Origin: Felis catus
Lineage: Eukaryota
NCBI RefSeq assembly: GCF_018350175.1
Contig: NC_058368.1
Coordinates: 211,980,001-212,044,000, forward strand
DNA: 64,000 nucleotides
Reading direction: 5' to 3'
Position 1 is the first letter of the stretch; each line of letters begins with the position of its first letter. Shown here in pieces: positions 1 to 11,739 of the stretch. A program made the translations under genes and the position numbers. A model generated the notes under the pieces. It worked only from the letters and a program-made list of their open reading frames with translations. It had not been told where the DNA came from and ran no database searches.

Positions 1-977
1 TTCTTAGCTTATATCCTCAACAGTCCTTAGTCTGGTGCAAACCAGTGTGAGCCAGTGTTTAAAAATACTTTTGCATTGACTATAAGAGACCTTAAAAGGT
101 AAAAAGCTAGTTAATGTAAAACCACTCTGATTGGTTGCTTGTAGGGAACACCTTCAGACTGTGAGAACTGTAGTAGAAACAAATAGTCAAATGCTCAGGG
201 ACATGCTCAAAACTCACAACAGCTTTGCTAGAGAATCCAGTGGGTCATGGCCAAAGTTTGTACAGTATTGAGCTCTTTGGCAAACCCCTGTATCTTTAAT
301 GACTCTTTCTGGATGTTCTTTTCAGATCAAGTTTCCAGTCCTGGGTCTTTTGTTTTTTGGCCTTTTTCCCCTCATACCTTTTGTCTCATCTGTGTCATTA
401 GACTGGCTCTCAGGGCAGGGATTGTGTGAAGTTTCCTCTTTACCCTCACCTTCTCCCTTCACCCAATCCTGCAATGCTAGTACAGTGCCTTGAACTTAAT
501 TCCTCCATAATTATTTTATGTACTGACTGACTGAGCCATTCACCATAGTGCAGCATGTATATGCACATATGAGTGTAAGATTACGGAATGAGTGAAGACT
601 AGAACAGTCCTTGTGTGTCTCTAAATTTACCAAAAACTATATCATATTGGTATCTCTCTTGGTTCCAGTGCCTGGTTGGCACAGCTAGTGTTGTTTGGGT
701 CCCTATAGGACGTCATAATCCTGGTGCCAAGGACATTTTTAAGAATCTTGGTCACCGATCCCTTTAGCCCCAAAACATATTCTGGACTTCTGTTCTCTTC
801 TGCTCCTTCATTTAGGGACCTTGCCTCAGTTCCCATTTACCTGGTTTGAGGGGAAGATGGTGCATGCAGCATGTAGAAGGTTCACCCTCAGAAGTGAGAT
901 GCCTTCCTGGTCTTTTGTTTGGACCCAGGGCAGTTGACTCTGGCATGACCCCCTTGATTAGTATCCCTAATTTTGCT

Positions 978-1198
978 TTTATTTATTTTTTTAATATTTA
1001 TTTATTTATTTTGAGAGAGAAAGACAGAGTACAAGAGTGAGTGGGTGAGGGGCAGAAAGAGAGGGAGAGAGGGTCCCAAGCAGGCTCCATGCTCAGCACA
1101 GAGCCCAACACGGGGCTTGATCTCACAACTGTGACATCATGACCTGAGCCCAAATCAAGAGTTAGACACTTAACCTACTGAATCAGCCAGGTGTCCCC
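978..1198 (-). mobile_element. Can-SINE (tRNA-derived carnivore SINE)
   Basis: Reverse complement of GGGG(C/A)CCTGG..TCAG head, (GA)n tract and T-rich tail. Confidence 0.9.
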
Positions 1199-1261
1199 TC
1201 AATCTTGCTTTTAGGTGTCCACTCAGTCATTTCAACCAGCAAAGAGAGAAAGAGGCAGGAG

Positions 1262-1525
1262 ATGTATTAACTGAACATCTACCATTTGACAGCAGTGAAC
1301 TAGGGGGTATACAACATAGTTTTCTATTTAATCCCCTTGACAACCTACCCAGTGGGGTATTAACCTCATCTTATGGGTGATGAGATTCACGGATGGCCAA
1401 AGAAGTGATTCAGTTAGCGTTTAAGCAAAATAGCTGGAGAATGAAAGTGCCTGATGAACGGTGGCAAATCAATAAAGCAGATGTTATTATTCCCATTTTA
1501 CAAAAAATGCACACTGAGTCTAAAT
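1262..1525 (-). mobile_element. MIR fragments
   Basis: attattcccattttatac...actgag and caacct...tattaacctcatctt resemble the MIR core. Confidence 0.55.
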
Positions 1526-1823
1526 GGTCGAGAATATGCTGAATTGCTTTTGTGGGGACCCCCATCCCCACCATCATCGGTACCTTGTGGCATTACGAGT
1601 GGGTTCACTTTGGCTTCTGTGCTCAGCCATGGTCATCTGGGGGTCAGTGATGCTGTGTTCCTCTGGGTCCCGGAATCTTTCTCCTGTGAGATTCTATTCC
1701 ACATTGATTATGGGGGAGTTTTAAGTTGGAAGGCTTATCAAAGTGTTAGCAGTTATATATGCTGTTACAACTTTTAATCCCGGTGTTTACTAATCTCTTT
1801 TGCCTATAGCTCTAGGAGATAGC

Positions 1824-2935
1824 TTTTTTTTTTTCAGCCTTTTTTGAGGTATAATTGAAAAAACTGTAACACATTCAAAGTGTACTATCAGATGATTTGA
1901 CATATGTACACATTGTGAAAGGATTCCCCCCATCGAGTTAATTAACACATCCGTTACCTCACATATTTACTTTTTTTGAAGAGTGAGAACATTTAAGTTC
2001 TATTCTCTTAGCAAATTTCAATCATACAAAACAATGTTGTTATCAGCTATGGTAACCATATTATACATGAGATCTTCAGACGTTATTCATCTAATGGAAA
2101 GCTTGTGCTCTTTTACCAACTTCTGTTTTTCTCATCTCCCAGCCCCTGCCAACTACTCTCTACTGTCTAAGTTTGACTCTTTGTTACTTAGCTTTCACAT
2201 AAAAGTGATATCATGAGGGGCGCCTGGGTTGCTCAGTTGGTTAAGCGGCCGACTTCGGCTCAGGTCATGATCTTGCAGTCCGTGAGCTCGAGCCCCGCAT
2301 CGGGCTCTGTGCTGACCGCTCAGAGCCTGGAGCCTGTTTCAGATTCTGTGTCTCCCTCTCTCTCTGATCCTCCCCCGTTCATGCTGTCTCTCTCTGTCTC
2401 AAAAATAAATAAACATTAAAAAAAATTAAAAAAAAAAGTGATATGAGGATTTTTTTTTAGTCTGGCTTATTTCATGTAGCATAATGTCTCTCAGGTTCAT
2501 CTATGTCATTGCAAATGTCAAATGTCAAGATTTCCTTTTTTTAAAAAACTGGATAATATTCCATTGTGTGTGTGGGTACACACACACACACACACACACA
2601 CACATTTTCTTTTATATTTGTCCATCAGTGGAGAGTTAGATCATCTCTGTACCTAGGCAATTGTGAATAATGCTGCAATGAATGTAGGGGTACAGATACG
2701 TCTTTGAGATAATGACTTCATTTTCTCTGGATCATAACCAGAAATGGGATTGCTGGATCATATGCTATTTCTGTTTTTAATGTTTCAAGGACTATCCATA
2801 CTGTTTTCCATAGTGGCTGCACCAATTTACGTTCCTAGTAACAGTGCACAAGTGTTCCCTTTTCTCCATATCCTCTGCAAAACTTATTATCTCTTATCTT
2901 CTTGATAATAGTTATCTTAACAGGTGTGAGGTGAA
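1824..2935 (-). mobile_element. L1 3' fragment (older subfamily)
   Basis: Poly-T then L1 3'UTR/ORF2 end in reverse; TSD-like aggagatagc (1814-1823) and aggtgatagc (2963-2972). Confidence 0.85.
2217..2437 (+). mobile_element. Can-SINE nested in L1
   Basis: ggggcgcctgggttgctcagttgg head, (CT)n, A tail; TSD aaaagtgatat. Confidence 0.95.
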
Positions 2936-3460
2936 TTTCACCTAACAGGCAGGTGAATTTCCAGGTGATAGCATTTAAATAGATTACAACATAAATGCCT
3001 TTGCTTTGAGTTTTGTAGGGCAGGAGCCCTCCTCAACAGGGTTGGCCAGCAAGATTATAGACCCTTGACCATTGTTAGAGTATAAAAGTGAAGGCTAAGT
3101 TCTCCTTGTCTAGCAACCGCTACTGGGACTGTGGGAGGCTAAGTATTTAAATTTGTCGATATAATATAAGCTAAATGATTGCTTGTTTACACTCTTGTTG
3201 TCAGGTTACCTTCTCATATCTGAATTTGGAGATTCCTTTATAGAAGGCTTCTCAGATTCTTTTCAATCCTGCCTTCTGTGAATGAATATTCTGCCTTTCG
3301 TCTTGGACATGATTTGATCCTATAACAGCTGGAAAGAAGGAAGTTGCCTTGAAGGAATCTCTTGCCATCAGTTGTCAGAGTTCATCCACCATCTAGTCTT
3401 CCATTCCCAAAGGCACTTAAACCCACAGCTCTGATTTGAAATCATGTAATTTTGATGTTC

Positions 3461-3790
3461 ATTTATTTTTTTACTTATTTGTTTTTATTGAGGCATAATT
3501 GACATATTATGTTAGCTTCAGGTGTACAATATAACGATTTGATATTTGTATATTACTGTGTGATGATCACAATAAGTCCAGTTAACATCTGGCACTGCAC
3601 TTAGTGACAAAAATTATTTTTCTTGTGAGGAGGACTTTTAAGATCTCCTCTTTTAGAAACTTTCAAATATGCAATGTGTTGTCACTAACTATATAGTTAG
3701 TTACTGTGCTGTACATTACATCCCTAGGACTTACTGATTTTGCAACTGGGAGTTTGTGCCTTTTAAGCTGCCTCACCCATTCTGCCCACT
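3461..3790 (-). mobile_element. L1 3' end fragment
   Basis: ttttattgaggcataattgacat...ggtgtacaatataacgatttgata is an L1 3' end in reverse. Confidence 0.8.
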
Positions 3791-4292
3791 CTCTAGTTTT
3801 GACCTTTGAAGGAAAATGATGAAGTGAGGGAAATGAGATTGGGCTGTGGGTGGACTTTTGGAATTGCTCCTTGCACTGCTGCTTTGTCACGGAATCGAAA
3901 TGGTAAGTAGCACTCAGGGTATTAGCAATTACAAAGTTGGAACTGACAGGCTTAATGATGTACCACCAAAAGGATTCCAGTTTGTAGAATGCAGAGTTTG
4001 GCTCGTTGGGATGTCTCTTCATGGTCAGACAGATATAGGGACATAATAATTGACCTTGAAGTTCTTCCCATTTTCCCTTTTCCCATTCTTCAAAGAGAGA
4101 TGGGAGAGACAAGGTTTGGTTTCTGGAGACTTTGGTGGGGGGCGGGGGGGGGGAGAGCTCCATTTTGTGTTATCCCTTTGAGGTCCAGTCTTTTAACCTA
4201 CCATTTTGATCCCTGTTCAGATATGCTTGCTTCCTACTTGAGGGGTCACAAAACTGCTAACGCTGTTACCAGTTTTGCTCCTTTCTATAAGC

Positions 4293-4467
4293 CAGTTCTC
4301 AACCTTGGTTACATGTTATGGGTGCTTGGGAAGCTATGGAAGCTACCAGTGCCTCTCTGTCCCACCACCAGGAATTTGGATTCATCTGGTTGGGTTGCAG
4401 CTTGGACACCGGGATGTTTTAAGGCTCTCCAGGTGACTCCCAAGAACCGTCAAGATTGAGAATCAAT
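4293..4467. mobile_element. MER5-like hAT-Charlie MITE
   Basis: cagttctcaaccttgg...ccaggtgactc...gattgagaatcaatg termini. Confidence 0.65.
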
Positions 4468-5119
4468 GGCATAGAGGAAGGTGCTGATGGAAGATCAGGG
4501 GCTGGAGCTGGAGGGGCTGGAGAAGAAGCATAGAATATTTGGGTACCTTGGAAGTAGGGATTGTAGGCTGGGAAGAAAAGAGGGAACAGAGGGGAAGAGG
4601 AAGGACACAGAAGAGACAGCTGACTGAAGGAAAGACAGGCTTCTCAGGTCTCACTTTTGCCTAGATTGGTCCAGTGAGAAAGCTTCCTCCCATTTTAACG
4701 CACCCAGTTAAATGATTCCCAGGGATTGTACTGTCACCTGATGCCAGGAGACGAAGGCATCAGAAACTGAACGATATCTACAGCTTGAGATCGCCTTTTG
4801 GCTGATTTGGCCTTACACACAGACAAGTCAAGCACAGGTAGTGATCAAAATTAGTAATTACAAAAGTGATCGTGTTTAGCGTAAAACTTAATTTTTAAAA
4901 TAGAGAATTACGTAAAATAGATACTGAAAGCCTTCTCTCTAATCTCACCTTCATTTCATCTTATCTGACCATCATTTGTTTTTGTAGATGTATGCATGTT
5001 GATATTTGCATGTGTGTATTTGTAAATACACACATATGTATATGTATACATGCATATTTAGCCAAGTGTGTCCGTGTGTGTATATATACACACATATATA
5101 TATGAATGTGTGTGTGTGT

Positions 5120-5490
5120 TGTAGTTGTCTGAAATAGGTTAGGTTATGCTGGGGTAACAAACAACTCCAAGCCCAGCTGAGTACAAGAAAAGTTAATTTC
5201 TCATTCCCATATTAAATGGGACTAGGGGATCTTCTCTTCATAGTCATCCCAGGATTCAAGTTGCCAGAGGCTTGATTTCAACATACTTTCAAAAAAACTT
5301 GGGAGAGGAAGAGTGCTCCGAGGCACATGGTGGTACATAAACACTGTGGCCTGGAAGTGACATATGTCACCTGTGCCCACAACTCCTTGGCCATAACCAG
5401 ACCTGTGGCCTCACCCAACAGCCAGGGGGCCAGGAAGTTCAGCTTTCCTTGTGTCTAGAAAGAAAAGGATACTGGATATCAGCAGGCATC
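5120..5490 (-). mobile_element. MaLR LTR (MLT1-like)
   Basis: ggttaggttatgctggggtaacaaacaactcc...gaagtgacatatgtcac...ttggccataaccag motifs. Confidence 0.6.
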
Positions 5491-5559
5491 ACATTTATAG
5501 GTACCACAGGTCTATATAAATTCTGCATACCTATGTGAATACCCGTAATGTTAAGATGA

Positions 5560-5990
5560 GAACTATATAAAGAAATAAATGTATATGTATCACTAACAAC
5601 GAAAATGGAGCCATACCATTCAATAATTTGGTATTTTTCATGCAGCAATATACCTTGACATCTTTCCATGTCAGTATATAAAAAAGTCTTGTCTCTTCTA
5701 AAGTTTGCACAGTAGTGTGTTGATTCCATTCACGGATTCACGAATCCAGTGTCTGCTATTTGCCAGGCCCTGTGCTGGGTGCAGGAGTGAATAAGACGGA
5801 CGTGGAAGCTTTGCCTTAATGGCATATTCTGTGCAGCCACTTTGTAGCACAGTACCTACAGTACTACAGTAGGCACTGTAGGTACCTGCCACAGCCTATT
5901 GATGAGATGTTTGAATGCTACAAATAATGCTGTATGCAACATCACTGTACATGTATCTCTGGGCACTTGGGTAAGTTTTTCTCTTGTACC
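5560..5990 (-). mobile_element. old L1 fragment with L2 piece
   Basis: atctttccatgtcagtatata...aataatgctgtatgcaacatcactgtacatgtatct; L2-like tgccaggccctgtgctggg at about 5760. Confidence 0.55.
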
Positions 5991-7757
5991 AACAATGGAC
6001 AATAAGTTGTGGGGCCTGGAAGTTCTCCATGTTCCCAGAAAGATTCTGTTTGTCCCAATGGAAATATCAGCAGGACTGTAGTCTCGAGTGTGGTTCTCCA
6101 AGTGGAATTTCTAGATGGTTTTCCTGGGCTTTGTTATGGTTATTCCTCTGCCTACTCCAGCATTTAATTGCCTTTGAGGCAGTTGGCCTAAGACACTTGG
6201 TTCCTTCACTCTCTTCAGCCTTGATTTCAATCGGTGGGGGAAACAGTGGCAAGTTTTAGAGCCCTCCATATTTGGGCTGAAGTGGTCCTCATTGCTCTTG
6301 AGGAAGAGGAACATTGCACATCCCCGCTGGACCCCTCTCCCCCCAGCTCCCAGCTCTCCTGCCTCCACACTGGAGATATCAGCAAGGAGCTTTAGGAGTT
6401 TGTGCATATGGTGCTGACTTTAGGGCCAGAAATATAGAGAATTTTTCCCAGCTTTCCTCTCCTGTGCATTTAGAGTTTCCAAATAAAACCCAGACTTTGC
6501 TGTACATGAAAGTCTGTTATTATGACCAGCTGCTTGAAAATACTACACTTTTCAAGTGTCTTTCTCAAACATTTCAAACTTGCAATTACTAAAAAAAAAA
6601 AAGTACATAATGGTGTCTCTGGGAGGGAAAGGACATCATCAGAGAGTTGTCCTTTTAAGAATCTTTCAGGCTGCCAATGAGGTTATTTTTGGAGCTGAAT
6701 TTCTTACAGGTGACAGCTCATGACGTGATTCATAGAGTGGGGAAGTGCCCTGCCTCCCTGCTCTTCCCTCAAGCTCTGGAGTCTGCTATTTCTCCCACTG
6801 CCCCCTTGCAGACTCTGAGGAAGATGCTCAGGTGTGTGTGTACCTCAGATGCCTGCCAGACCAAAGGCTGCTGAAACACGCTCACATCTGTGTGGCCATT
6901 GCTTCTTCTGCTACTGATGTGCCGCCCACACCGGCAGGTCCGAAGGAAAACGGAGCATAGGAAGGGTGTCAGCGAGGCTGTCGGCTGCTCCTACCAGCAC
7001 CACTGTCTCCAGTGTCAGAGGACCTTACGTATTTGATTGACTTAACTGAGTGGCTGCACTATAAAGAGGAAAGGCAGTGCGGCAAGGTGAGCGTCTGCCC
7101 TTGCACCAGGAAGGATCCAAAGAAGCAAGCGTCTCTCCAGGCCTTCCCTCCCTCACCCAGCCAACACCGTCTTGCTTGGAGTGCCCTCAGTTTTACGTTT
7201 TGAATAATGAGGATGCTCAAAGGAGAATGCCGAGTCTCCTCTCTTACAGGAATTCTTCTCTGACTCTTCTGAAAACACTTATCTGTCCTTTCTTCAAACT
7301 TTCCAAGTCTGCGATACATCCGGACCCTTGTTTATGCGCTGTGTTCTACTGTTCTGCTCATATTCCTCGCATGAGTCGTGGCTCCTCAGGTTAGAAGTGT
7401 GCTGAGAGGGAGGCAAATGTATTGTACACTGAGCTGGAGAATCACTGTGAAGGCTTCTCTGATACACTGGTCAACTTTTCCCCCTGATCATGCATATTGA
7501 GTTTATTGAAGACAACTGAGGCTGATTTCATATTAGTCTGTTCCCACACTTCCTTCCACTCCTCTGACTGCCTCTTCTCCTCCAGTCAGGCCCAAATATT
7601 TATTCTTGTCTGCCTTCAATCCAATTGTTCCTGTTGTTTCATATTCCCCTTTCCCACTCTTAAAATTCGATTCTTCCTTCAAGGCTTCTTCTGGGTTTCA
7701 CCCCCTCCCTTGCCTGCCAGGAGTCCTGCATTGCTGATTTTGTCCCATATGAACATT

Positions 7758-7972
7758 GTTTTTAAAAAGGTTTTAAATTTATTTTTGAGAGAGAGAGAGA
7801 TAGAGAGAGAGCATGAGCAGGGGAGAGGCAGAGAGAGAGAGGGAGACAGAAGATCCGAAGCAGGCTCTGTGCTGTTAGCATAGAGTCCAGTGTGGGGCTT
7901 GAACCCATGTACCGTGAGATCATGACCTGAGCTGAAGTCAGGCGCTTAACCGACTGAGCCACCCAGGTGCCT
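7758..7972 (-). mobile_element. Can-SINE
   Basis: SINE body; TSD ccatatgaacatt 7745-7757 and 7973-7985. Confidence 0.95.
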
Positions 7973-8033
7973 CCATATGAACATTATTGATGCCTAATAA
8001 TGTAGCACTCCATAATCGGTCTTTGTCAGTTTT

Positions 8034-8247
8034 GTTATTATTCTTTTGAATATTTATTTTTGAGAATGAGAGAGACAGAGAACAAGTGGGGGAGGGGCAG
8101 AGAGAGAGGGAGACATGGAATCCAAAGCAGGCTGCAGGCTCTGAGCTGTCAGCACAGAGCTGGACACAGGGCTCGAACCCATGAACCACAAGATCATGAC
8201 CTGAGCTGAAGTCAGACACTTAACTGACTGAGCCGCCCACGCGCCCT
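8034..8247 (-). mobile_element. Can-SINE
   Basis: SINE body; TSD ggtctt(t/g)gtcagtttt. Confidence 0.95.
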
Positions 8248-8921
8248 GGTCTTGGTCAGTTTTTATAGGTGTCTTCTCTCTCCACCAGTGTAAGAAGTCA
8301 AGCTTCTATCTGCTTCTCTATATTAGAGCCAAGATCATGAAATAAATAATTATTGCTGGTACTGTCTTGCTAATAGTACCAGACTTTGAGATTCATTTAG
8401 AAAAGGGCCCAGTTTGAAAATATCATGTATACAATGATAAATTGAATTGCGGACATCAGGATCAGGTTTAGGATCTCAAACTTTTCAGTACTCTATGCAG
8501 CCCAGGCCCTCTTCTTTGCGTAGTTCAAAATTTTAAAACTCTCCATCACTCCTGTGGGATCAAGCCAGTAGCTTATGTAGAAAGGTAATTTTTGCAGAAT
8601 TCCAGAGTCCATGTGCCAGTTATGCTGCTGTGCACATGAGAAGCTATGACTAGGTGGGACCAGGGACGGAGTTATGCCGGAGGCATCGGCCTCCATCTCC
8701 CGAAATGCTTTCAAATCTGGGCATGTTTGCTTTTATCATGAGAGCCTGACCCCACACTTTACAATGGAGAGATCGTAATCACCAGGTGATCCCCTGATAT
8801 ATGTTAGTATCTCTACATGTGGGAGAACCAGATGTCAGGTTCATGTATGATACAGCAGGAAGAACACAGCACGGCCTTTGAAGTATTCCTGTTTATAGAA
8901 ATAATTCTTTCATATGCAGGT

Positions 8922-8923
<2 letters not shown>

Positions 8924-8965
<42 letters not shown>

Positions 8966-9091
8966 TTTATAAAGGTAGCTACTCCTTATTCATAGATATG
9001 TATATATATCAATATGCATATGTATGCATGTATATGGAGCTAGAAGCTTGATTTGATCCACATGCATATGTATGTGTATACACATATGTAT

Positions 9092-9124
<33 letters not shown>
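8924..9124. repeat. (TG)n, TA-rich and (CA)n microsatellites
   Basis: Dinucleotide runs seen directly at 8924-8962 and 9093-9124. Confidence 0.95.
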
Positions 9125-9126
<2 letters not shown>

Positions 9127-9170
9127 ACACTTGAATCTAGTCAAGTTTTTAGCTGGATTTGCCAGCTTAC

Positions 9171-9300
9171 AGGAGGCCAGGGTTAAAGAAAACCACAGGG
9201 AAGCAAATAGACACACCCAGTATGTGGGACATTCTACAGGACCATAGACCTGGTTTCTGCACACAGCCAATGGCAGGGGGGAAAAGTGGGTGGGCCTGAT
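9171..9300 (-). pseudogene. candidate small exon (130 nt)
   Basis: Strong acceptor ttttgtctctcacttctgtttcatcctag|ATC and donor CCT|gtaagc; two of three frames open. Confidence 0.4.
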
Positions 9301-10375
9301 CTAGGATGAAACAGAAGTGAGAGACAAAACAACCACATGCCAAGTGTGGAACTTCTTTGCACTGTATTTGAATACATGAACTGTAAAGAGGCTTTTTTTT
9401 CCCAGAAAATTGCCATTTTCTCAAAAATCGACAAATTATGTTTTACCCTTGTTAGGTGTGCTAAAGGCACAATGCTTATGCTTGAAAATGTCCATAGCTG
9501 AAAAAGATTCATAGTGTAGTTTGGGTATGACATGGCCTGGTGCTGAGATTGTTTGAAAACCCTGCAGCAACCAGCATGGACCTACTGTCTGCTGGAGAGG
9601 AGGAGACACGAGGGCAGACTGAGGTGGCCAGACAGAGGGAGGAGGCAGCAAAGCCAGCACAGTATTCCTGCACCCAGTGCCGGCTTAAGAGCACCGTGGG
9701 AGAATGGACTTCTTTCCTGAGTCGGCCAGTTTGTCACGAACACCAAGTAATTTCAAAACAAAGGAAAGCAAAGCACAGTTCTGCAATGCCAGCGACAGGA
9801 TGTCAGGAACCTTGTTGCTAACACGTTCATCATTTCTTTGCAGACCCGCTGGGAATGCGGCTAATGTGCTGCCCTTAGCCCCCAGCAGTCTCCCCGCTCA
9901 GTGGACCCAGTGATGAGTTTCTGCTTTCCTGCGAGAGGGGCCAGTAGGGGCAGCCACAGAAACCTCCCTTGGCTTTTTCTGATAGAATAAAGGAGAGATG
10001 ACCAAAGCGTGCTGCATAGTAGGCAGGGGCCCTGGGTGACAGAGGCTATTCTGTCCCTCACCTCCCCTGGGCTGTGGCCTGGTCTCAGCCTGGGGGACAG
10101 AATGTGTGGGGAGGACCGGCTGCTGTTTGGTTAACAGGAGCATTGGTGTCCACATTTCATGACAGCAGCATCTGGTTCTCTGGGGATCCAAGGCTCTGTA
10201 CCCAAGACACGGAAGCTGTCAGGCTGTCCCCTTGCTCAGCATGTGTGGCCTTTCTGACCTGCAGGGAACTCACACCATGTCCACAACCTATTAAACCTCC
10301 TATATTCCCATAGATCTTGATTGTTTACTTACAGAGCAAGACTATGCTTCCTTCTACAGGATCCCTGTGATCTTG

Positions 10376-10377
<2 letters not shown>

Positions 10378-10411
<34 letters not shown>

Positions 10412-10418
10412 TGTGTGT
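10378..10418. repeat. (TG)n microsatellite
   Basis: Seen directly. Confidence 0.95.
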
Positions 10419-11739
10419 GATTTTTTGTGCCCTGAATCACATTTTCAGTGAACTGGGATTTCATTCTTTGAGAGACAGGACTTCCCAGGCTCCTGGGAGT
10501 GAAGCACGTCCTGCAGAGTGCTGTAGAAATGGGGGATTTGGAGGAAACGAGTTGCTGCACCAGCAGGTGTCCCTGCCCTGCCTGTCTAGCGGAGTTCCTG
10601 CAGGGGCGAAAGAGAACGTGCGCAGAGCTGCTTTGGAAACTGTGGAGTGTTCTGCAAATGTTAAGTGGGGCTTTCTTGGATACAGTTTGCCTATAAAACA
10701 CTTGCTCCTCTTAAATAGACCTTCTCTTTCTTTAAGGTTGTAATGCAGGGATTCTCTCACAACTGGGAGAAATTCAAAATAGCTGCCTGGTGCACCTGCT
10801 TCCGGCTTTTCTCCTACATGCCCATTTCTTTCCCCACCAACTCACCTGGATGCCCTGGAAAATAAAATCCCGTAAGCTATCAACTATCAAAACTTTTGTG
10901 TGTGTGTGTACCTCTACCTGGTATATTTTATGGTCCTACTTTTCCTTCCTTCTTCCTCCCTTCCCTCCCTTCCTCCCTCCTTTCCTCCCCTTCCCACCCT
11001 CTTCCTCCCTTCTTGGTACATTTTCATACCATTCCAGGGAATCATGATCATATTTAATATATTTATTACCTTGGATATGTACTTATTTATTGGAGAGAGA
11101 GAGGGAGAGAGAGAGAGAGAGAGAGAGCCAGACTTCTCCCAGAGTTGCTCGTTTGCTTCAGCTGGAGGTACATTATTCCGAGGTCTGTGAAGTCTGTTAA
11201 ATGATAGGAGTCACTGTGGCTGTTCAGAAGGAGTCACCCATGGGCAGGTGTCTTTTCCAGAACAGATTGCAGCAAAAGGGTCTGGATGTGCTCCACAACC
11301 ATTAGCTGGTGATCAAGGCAGGGAAGGGGTGCCCATCTGTTCTGGAATTAATTCGCATCCTTATGAGATCATCTTGATCGAAGTTGATGAAGAGTTGCCT
11401 TTTGCCTCCTGTTGTGTGAGGCTGGGAGCCCCTTGGTGTCAGGGACTGTGTTATGTTTGTCTTCTGTTGTTTGGTATTGAAACATTCCCTCACACATGAT
11501 AGGCACTCGGTGTCTGTTTAATTCGTGTGAAAGAGTGAGGAGAAAACAGCTCTGTTTCCTGTCCTGCTTCCCTGCCCCTCTGTAAATATCTGGGAGAAAA
11601 GTCACTTCCTTTTATATGGGGGGGGGAGGTCTCTGTAACCCCACACAATGATGTCAGTATTCCTAGGAGCAGTCATGCCTGAGGGTCCCCCAGGGACTGG
11701 AATGTGGAGGGGGACAAGAATGGGGCAGCTTTTCCAGCC

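Larger units (their letters stand above)
1584..4087 (-). pseudogene. candidate decayed large exon (two L1 insertions, one carrying a SINE)
   Basis: Acceptor tctctcccatctctctttgaag|AATGG; frame open about 97 codons (EWEKGKWEELQGQLLCPY...HHFPSKVKT) until an L1 at about 3790; coding-like composition resumes at 2973-3445 and 1584-1813; donor AAG|gtaccg is tentative. Confidence 0.5.
7029..8888 (-). pseudogene. candidate decayed large exon (two SINE insertions)
   Basis: Acceptor ttatttctataaacag|GAATAC and donor TAC|gtaagg; frame EYFKGRAVFFLLYHT*...LKAFREMEADASG...LQKLPFYISYWLD; E/K/G-rich purine-biased minus strand. Confidence 0.5.

Noticed and set aside
2213..2419. Recurring MAQSVKRPTSAQVMIS-type ORFs
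   Set aside because: Can-SINE translations, not genes
3846..4046. Plus-strand ORF with a signal-peptide-like start (GGLLELLLALLLCHG)
   Set aside because: It starts at GTG, has no promoter or splice support, and is more simply the antisense of the minus relic frame
5852..5885. 11-bp inverted repeat gtacctacagt / actgtaggtac
   Set aside because: Short, inside decayed repeat sequence and too small for a miRNA hairpin; probably a local repair scar
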